Assembly: GCF_009914755.1 (NCBI RefSeq) | Contig: NC_060925.1 | Origin: the human T2T-CHM13v2.0 reference genome, Homo sapiens | Length of the DNA: 64,000 nucleotides | Direction: 5' to 3' (one strand) | Part shown: positions 59,627 to 64,000 of the stretch, piece by piece | How the letters are laid out: each line of letters starts with the position of its first letter | Numbering within the stretch: the stretch's first letter is position 1 | Translations under genes and position numbers: made by a program | Notes under the pieces: generated by a model | The model's input: the letters and a program-made list of their open reading frames with translations, nothing else | Told to the model about the DNA's origin: nothing | The model's database searches: none

Positions 59627-59642
59627 GTAAGTGTGGGCCTAG

Positions 59643-59846
<204 letters not shown>

Positions 59847-61217
59847 TAGAGCTGTTTGGACAGAAAAGAAGCCAGGATTTGGTTTCTAGGGTTACATAGC
59901 CAATTCCAGATGCCTCTTTTGTATGTTCAATAAACTTTTAGTGAGTACTTACTATGTGCCAGGCATTGAACAAGATTAGTAAAATCTTTATCCTCAGGGT
60001 AGTCACTAGAAGCTAATATAGCCTCAGTTTTCCTGGTGGGAAAAGATAAGCAAAAGAGCCAGTTGGATTGGACCTTTTGACTCTGCTTGGAAAAAAGGGC
60101 TACACAACAGCAATTAGCAGCTGGCTCTTTTGCTCTTTGTCCCCTGCCCAGTGTCACAGAACAGTAGAGTGTTCTGGGCCTACCTTGGAGTCCTGGGCTC
60201 ACTTGGGCCTAGATCTGACAGGTTGTGTCCTTCCAGTCCTTGCTCATACTCAAGTACAGTATATTCTACTTTAGGTTGGGCCCTGGGCTCTGCTTCCTGT
60301 TTTGGAGGCTTGTTGGGGCTGGCTGTGGGCAGGACCTATGTAAACCAAAATAAATAGGACAGTGCAGCATGGACTTCAGAGAATAAGAGCAGTTCAAGAA
60401 GTGGGGGCTTGGCCACTGGAACTTTGAAGGAAGGGATCAGCTACGCAAGGACTAGAAGGCACTTTTTGGCAGGAGCAGTGTGTGAATAAGGTGTGGGGTA
60501 GGGGTGCTGGTGTTTGTTTCAGGTGTGTCTTACAGGATCACTGAGGCTTCAAATATCCTGGCAAGCTGGTACAAGTGTGTTCTTGCCTAATGGCTTGATG
60601 GGGCTTGCTCAATAGTTGTACCGTGGTGTGCAAGGGGCTTCTCTACCTGTGAAGGAGGCACATTGGCTGACCCTTGCCATGTACATGGGTCTCAGACTTG
60701 AACTTGGGGCAGCATTCTCTGCATCTGGGTCTGCTGTCAGTTGCTGGTTGCTTCTGAAGATGCTTTTAGTGCCAGTGTCCTCACAGCCATGGGTGGCCTG
60801 AGTGGGGAGTGGCCTCAGTGGCCTGGGAGTTGAAGGCAGCTGTATTCTTGCCTCTTGGAAACTCAGCGAAATGTTTGGTTGCTCCATCATTCCATGGAGC
60901 TTTTGGAGTGAAGCTTTGGGCCACCAGGACTCCATGCTGTTGGTAGACTTGCTCTTCAGAGGCCCATTTTATTTACCTCTTCCATTGCCCCGCTCAGTTT
61001 AGGCAGGTTATTTAATCTCATTAAGCTCTAGTTTTCTCACCTCTTAAATAAGGATAATAACTCTACATAATAGAGTTGCTATGAAGATGATACACTATGA
61101 CATGTGTGAAGAATTTAGCACAGTGCCTGGCACTTAATAAGCACTTCAAGTGTTAGTTGCCATTATGGTGATTTCTGTGGTCTTCTAGACTTCACCTTTC
61201 CCAATTCTCTCTCCTAG

Positions 61218-61508
<291 letters not shown>

Positions 61509-61897
61509 TGACTTGTGCCTGGTTTATAGTAGCTACATGGGCACCAGATATCAGATGGTTCAGATTCCTGAGGAAAGGAGGGTAAAGGAACTAGGATCCT
61601 CATGTCAGCTCAGACTCTGACTCTGTATATGACTTTAAGGTGTACCAGAGTCATGTATTTCCTCTAGTAAAGTCAAACTTAATCACCACCATGGCAGGTT
61701 CTGTGCATTGCCTCATGTAATTCTCACGTTTTAAGATGAGAAAACAGTCTCAGAAGGGTTAAGTAATTTGCTCAGAGTGGGTGGAGCAGATCTGTCTATC
61801 TCCAAAGCTTTTCCACTAAGCTTTATGAGGAATGTTTTGAAGGAAAAGTAGGAATACATAATGGAGATTAGTCATTTGTGCATTCAGCAAACATTTA

Positions 61898-63140
<1,243 letters not shown>

Positions 63141-63199
63141 ATGGTGTTAAAATGGTGTGTAATCCTCTGGGACTGTTTCATTCAGGATTTGTTCAAAGT

Positions 63200-63880
63200 T
63201 GTCCTGTGTAACTACATGGCATAAGTGCAGTTGTGGGAGTGCACAACAGGAGACCTATGGGTCTGGAGATTGGGGAAGACCTGCCTCTGAGAGATGTGCT
63301 GTTAAGTCCTGAAAGATATGAGGGGTTAGACAGGTGAAGGGAGTGGAAAACATTCTAATAGAAGGAACAGCTTATTGGAAAGACTGGCAGCAATAGAGGC
63401 AGGTACTGAAAAGAGAGTGTGGGGAGTTGGGGGATGGTGGTGAGAGATGAGAGTTGGAGAGCTGTGCAGTGGCTAAGAGTGGAAGGCCTTTCAGAAGCCA
63501 TGCTAGGAGAGTCTGGACTAAGGTCACTGAAGAGCTTTAGAAGTGTTTTAAGTGGGGGTAGGAGGTAACAGCAGTATAGAATATTTGTTGGATGGGGAGA
63601 GACTGGAGGTAGGGAAACTAGTGAGAAAGCTATTGCAGGTGGCCAAGCAAGAGAGGATTATGGCCTGGACATGGGTTTTAGGGGAATGGGGAATGGGAAG
63701 AAGTGGGTGGATTTTGAGAGATACTTAAAAATTACAAGTGGAAAAACTTGGGATTGATTACATGTGGGGAGAGGGAAAATTGAGGATGAAGTTGGGATTT
63801 TAGGCTTTGGCAAGGTAGATGGATGGTGGTGTCATTTGCTGAGATAGGGAACACAGAAGAAGAATGGCATTTGGTGGGAG
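63200..63880 (-). mobile_element. L2 relic
   Basis: Purine-rich L2 antisense pattern (gagactggaggtaggg..; ggatggtggtgtcattt.ctgagataggg). Confidence 0.7.
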
Positions 63881-64000
63881 GGAGATGGCAGGCACTGTAA
63901 TCAGGAGGCCCATGAAGTTCAATGTATTATACAAGAGCTATTCTCTTTTAATAGCAAAGTTACAGGAATAGAACAGAAGATAGACAACATTAAAAATGTA

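Overview
Human (hominid) genomic DNA that I recognise as the chr1p34.1 POMGNT1-LURAP1-RAD54L region. Minus strand: the complete POMGNT1 CDS (21 coding exons, ATG at 9042, stop at 490-492; exon lengths sum to 1983 nt = 660 aa + stop), with a CpG-island promoter near 9.5-9.9 kb. Plus strand: complete two-exon LURAP1 (239 aa) and the promoter and first coding exons of RAD54L. Between them is very Alu-dense sequence with L1M/HAL1, L2, MIR, MER5, MER21, LTR8, THE1 and MLT1 relics. The most notable element is an SVA_F1 (MAST2-SVA) retrotransposon at 51430-54172. It carries a captured MAST2 exon-1 CpG island with its start codon, sits in a target site already used by an Alu, and lies about 4.7 kb upstream of RAD54L on the same strand. 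Other unexplained structure: a 72-bp-arm non-Alu inverted repeat (13201-13421), a strong antisense splice donor 6 nt inside the LURAP1 exon-2 acceptor, inverted CCG/CGG tracts and uORFs at the POMGNT1 5' end, and an in-frame POMGNT1 intron that contains a copy of its own exon junction. I see no evidence for a wholly new gene system. Gene and repeat names come from recall of known sequences, not from a database search.
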